A DNA stretch of 62,510 bases, counting the filler, from an uncultured Thermoplasmatales archaeon (GTDB taxonomy: Archaea; Thermoplasmatota; E2; DHVEG-1), in NCBI GenBank assembly GCA_964517155.1. It is 5 parts of 5 records of this genome, joined end to end, with 100 filler letters (N's around TTAATTAATTAA, not from the genome) between each part and the next. Parts side by side here need not be neighbours in the genome. Positions count along the whole stretch, not along the records: positions 55,080 to 62,510 come from CAZFAZ010000057.1; 4 more parts are not named here. One strand, written 5' to 3'. Positions 61,586 through 62,510 of the stretch are shown here, piece by piece. Below the pieces are notes generated by a model, which was not told the origin of the DNA, did not search any database, and saw nothing but the letters and a program-made list of their open reading frames with translations. The number at the start of each line of letters is the position of its first letter. Position 1 is the first letter of the stretch. The translations under genes and the position numbers were made by a program.

Positions 61586-62509
61586 TTAAAAGTTAAAATC
61601 TTTTTTATAGTATCTTCTAAAGTTTACATTTGTACCTGCTGGAAGCAAGCCTCCGATTATTCCTGCGGTTTTAAATATCTTAAGATTTCTTTTTATTATA
61701 TTTGGCCATGAGTAGCATTCTTTTGCAACTTTACATGTGCCTTCGTATAATTCTTTCACAGTCATGTTTTTTGGTTCATAAACAATTTCTACCTGATTGT
61801 ATTTTGACCAATCCTTTGTAAAAATTCTACCTGCCTTATCAAGTCTTTCAAAAAGCGGTGTTCCAGGATATGGCGTAAGTATGTTTATTTCAATAGCATC
61901 AATATCAAGCTCATTTAATTTTTGAGTTGTAGTATCAAAAATATCAAGTGTATCTTCATCAAAACCAAAAATTATGCCACCTTGAATTGTCATATCATAC
62001 TTATGTACTCTTTTTATCATTTTTTCAAAATCTTCAACTTTGTTATGTGTTTTTTTAATGCCGTTTAATGCTGCTTGGCTTACTGATTCAAAACCTACGA
62101 ACCATTCAACACATCCTGCTTTTCTTGCAAGGTCTAAAAACTCATCATCTGTTTTTAATAAAACATTTGTAGTACCGTTTGCAACCCATTTTTTGTTAAT
62201 TTTATTTTTTATCATTTCTTTGAAAAGTTCTTTTGCATATTTTCTGTTGGTTGTTATATGAGGGTCATGTATTATAAATATTCTATTATCCATTTGTTTC
62301 ATTTCTTCTATAACGTTTTTTATAGGTCTTTGTTTTACACCGTGTTCGCAAAAACTACTTATTGCACAGAATTCACATTTATTTGTGCATCCTCTTGTTG
62401 TTTGTATAGCCCCAAGCATAGGATTATGCTTTATTAAATCACGTCTGATTGGAGGTATTTTTGCCATATCAAAGTTTATATCTTTTTCATATATCTTTTT
62501 GAGTTTTCC
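61586..62509 (-). CDS. Radical SAM enzyme, B12-binding type, 5'-truncated by window edge
   Basis: TRGCTNKCEFC (CxxxCxxC), GFES, FGFDED, TPYPGT; upstream GKLKKIY typical of the B12-domain junction. Confidence 0.85.
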   Translation of the reverse strand, partial: GKLKKIYEKDINFDMAKIPPIRRDLIKHNPMLGAIQTTRGCTNKCEFCAISSFCEHGVKQRPIKNVIEEMKQMDNRIFIIHDPHITTNRKYAKELFKEMIKNKINKKWVANGTTNVLLKTDDEFLDLARKAGCVEWFVGFESVSQAALNGIKKTHNKVEDFEKMIKRVHKYDMTIQGGIIFGFDEDTLDIFDTTTQKLNELDIDAIEINILTPYPGTPLFERLDKAGRIFTKDWSKYNQVEIVYEPKNMTVKELYEGTCKVAKECYSWPNIIKRNLKIFKTAGIIGGLLPAGTNVNFRRYYKKDFNF

Positions 62510-62510
62510 T

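Overview
AT-rich archaeal sequence, most likely Thermoplasmatota. The gingipain-type C25 peptidase, PGF-CTERM surface protein, beta-helix protein and gene order suggest a Marine Benthic Group D/DHVEG-1-like MAG; this taxonomy is inference. The window is not contiguous: four 100-nt N/TTAATTAATTAA linkers (11092-11191, 22224-22323, 50942-51041, 54980-55079) join five contigs. Housekeeping content includes pgi, prs, pth2, GGR, glmM-like mutase, pfdA, ftsY, trpS, rpsJ, tuf, tfs, pcn, rnp2, an alpha-type proteasome subunit, RPA plus partner and partial fhs, along with three tRNAs (Cys-GCA, Ser-TGA, Val-GAC) and RNase P RNA. Accessory highlights: (1) a candidate biosynthetic cluster at 55.1-62.5 kb (GATase-like, UbiA prenyltransferase, nicotianamine-synthase-like, beta-propeller, sulfotransferase, adenylate-forming ligase, B12-type radical SAM); (2) an extended D-amino-acid/peptide cluster at 40.6-47.5 kb (DgcN/DgcA-like pair, MurL/QueC-like PP-loop enzyme, PLP enzyme, GNAT, M14 peptidase) with an unannotated 56-aa peptide ending in YEE at its centre; (3) a probable cargo-carrying ISH3-like transposon at 17.3-22.2 kb; (4) three tandem TACATA-like hexamer arrays suggesting an EarA-family regulon of micro-ORFs; (5) a micro-ORF islet with a 27-bp direct repeat at 48.2-49.5 kb. 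No CRISPR array or rRNA was seen.
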